A DNA stretch of 64,000 nucleotides from a virus. Its lineage: Duplodnaviria > Caudoviricetes. Positions 63,037 through 64,000 of this stretch are shown one piece after another. Location: the IMG/VR virus record IMGVR_UViG_2871871566_000003, positions 1 through 64,000 of that record; one strand, written 5' to 3'. The notes beneath the pieces are model-generated. The model was not told the DNA's origin and searched no databases. It worked only from the letters and a program-made list of their open reading frames with translations. The position numbers and the translations under genes are program-made. How positions within the stretch are numbered: the first letter of the stretch is position 1; every line of letters begins with the position of its first letter.

Positions 63037-63078
63037 CAAATATATAATATTTGAAGGTTCGTTTTGCCGTGTTCCAAC
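63037..63078 (-). promoter_or_regulatory. Late promoter for ejection-protein operon
   Basis: GTTGGAACACGGCAAA (63078-63063), 18 nt, TATATTTG (63044-63037). Confidence 0.75.
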
Positions 63079-63824
63079 ATCGGTCAAAATCGCCCCAAAT
63101 CCCACCAATTTCTTTCTCGGGGCGCAAATCACCCCTTTTCCTCCTCCCTCTTCGCCCTCTAGAAGCCCCATTTTGTAAACATACGTGATTATTGTAAAGA
63201 AAAGACAAGTGATTAATAATAAGCAAGTTAGTTTCAATCACTCCCAAGGGAGAATAAAAGCAAGATGTAAAGAAAGTTCTTATTTCATAAAAGAAGATTA
63301 TTTGCAAACAAAAAAGAGTGTTTGCATTAATAGGTACGCACGCACGCAAGGAGTTCGTTAGCAAACTTTAACTAGCCGTATTCAGCCTTCTTGAATGATT
63401 TTCACCCACAATCAACGCTAAACTCGCTCATTTCTGAAGATTTTTGCGATTTTCTGGCAGTTGGTCGGGTTTTCTCCCAAATTCGTGAGTTTTGAGCCGT
63501 TTAAGAGCCATTTTTGGGCAGATTAGAGCCGATTTTGTGGGTTTTTCGTAGATTTCATGGTTTGGTGCAAGATAATGCGCTCATCTAGAAATGATGAGGT
63601 TGAAGGATGATTTAGGCGGTTTCTTCTCTTTTCTATTTTTCTAGTTGGAGAAATATTTTTTCCTAGTTATGGAAATTGTTTTCTCTCCCTGTACTCTCTC
63701 TTTTCTCTCTCTGTTGGGTGTGTGTTCTTCTTGTAGGTGAGAGTGAAGAATCCTCGGGGGAGATAAGGGGGCAGCGCCCCCACGGGCGCAAGCGCCCTCC
63801 CCATGCCCTGTTGGGCTGACGCCC

Positions 63825-64000
63825 TCACCAACAGAAGTTGCAAGGCTTGTAACCTTCTTGCTCGGCTTGATACAGGTACATTTCATCTGTATACAGGTCG
63901 TGCACACCTTTGCAGTTTTGGTCAAGATGATAGTACTTTGTACTGCTATCTGCCCAAACAATTGTTTCTTGATAGTCTTTTTCTTCTCTTGCGTCTAATT
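63825..64000 (-). CDS. 3' end of an Ada-type metal-binding-like protein (truncated by window; not the 63641-63961 frame)
   Basis: ..IVWADSSTKYYHLDQNCKGVHDL..QAEQEGYKPCNFCW*; same H/C pattern as 37055-37273. Confidence 0.65.
   Translation of the reverse strand, partial: LDAREEKDYQETIVWADSSTKYYHLDQNCKGVHDLYTDEMYLYQAEQEGYKPCNFCW

Noticed and set aside
62882-63364. ORF 62882-63364 and the 63010-63237 extension of the pilot-protein ORF
   Set aside because: They run across the late promoter at 63037-63078; the ATG at 63009 fits the promoter
63641-63961. 106-aa minus-strand ORF from the track
   Set aside because: Wrong frame; the overlapping frame ending at 63825 carries the recognisable H/C metal-binding pattern
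1-64000. CRISPR array, DGR (RT plus TR/VR), retron, integrase/att
   Set aside because: No regularly spaced repeats, no RT motifs (YxDD context) in any ORF, no tyrosine or serine recombinase; these could lie outside the window
1-64000. Genome-wide stop-codon reassignment (as in some gut phages)
   Set aside because: TAG, TGA and TAA all terminate well-formed genes and very long ORFs are open in the standard code; only isolated internal stops exist

Overview
The whole 64-kb window reads as one temperate Bacteroidota phage or prophage. TAnnTTTG promoters and A-rich translation starts support Bacteroidota; a Prevotellaceae-like host is my inference. The genetic code is standard and no host genes, integrase or att site are visible. 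Layout: (1) a cI/cro-like switch (45-769); (2) an ~840-nt structured non-coding leader with tRNA-like cloverleaves, an rrn-type boxA and repeated GTGA-loop hairpins; (3) an early recombination/replication operon (NinG, NUMOD4-HNH, dUTPase, SbcC-like ATPase, RecT, Tad2-like/DUF2829 fusion, split MBL hydrolase, replication proteins, many small ORFs, MTase) to 14.8 kb; (4) a leftward lysis cassette (holin, amidase, u-spanin-like) and a rhomboid protease; (5) P22/N4-like podoviral morphogenesis genes (nozzle, TerL, TerS, adaptors, portal, scaffold, capsid, CotH-kinase fibre, LRR protein); (6) AT-rich accessory genes, two with in-frame TAA; (7) a self-contained six-gene operon of unknown function (38.0-41.1 kb); (8) a 5801-aa polyvalent DarB-like protein and probable ejection proteins. 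Most notable: a candidate ribosomal bypass (GGC-UGA-AA-GGC plus an 11-bp stem) that would exactly rebuild the MBL HxHxDH motif; four protein-like +1-frame ORFs nested in the linkers of the giant gene; a 16-bp element at a constant 18-nt distance from four late promoters; and the six-gene operon. All family calls come from motif recognition by eye; no searches were run.
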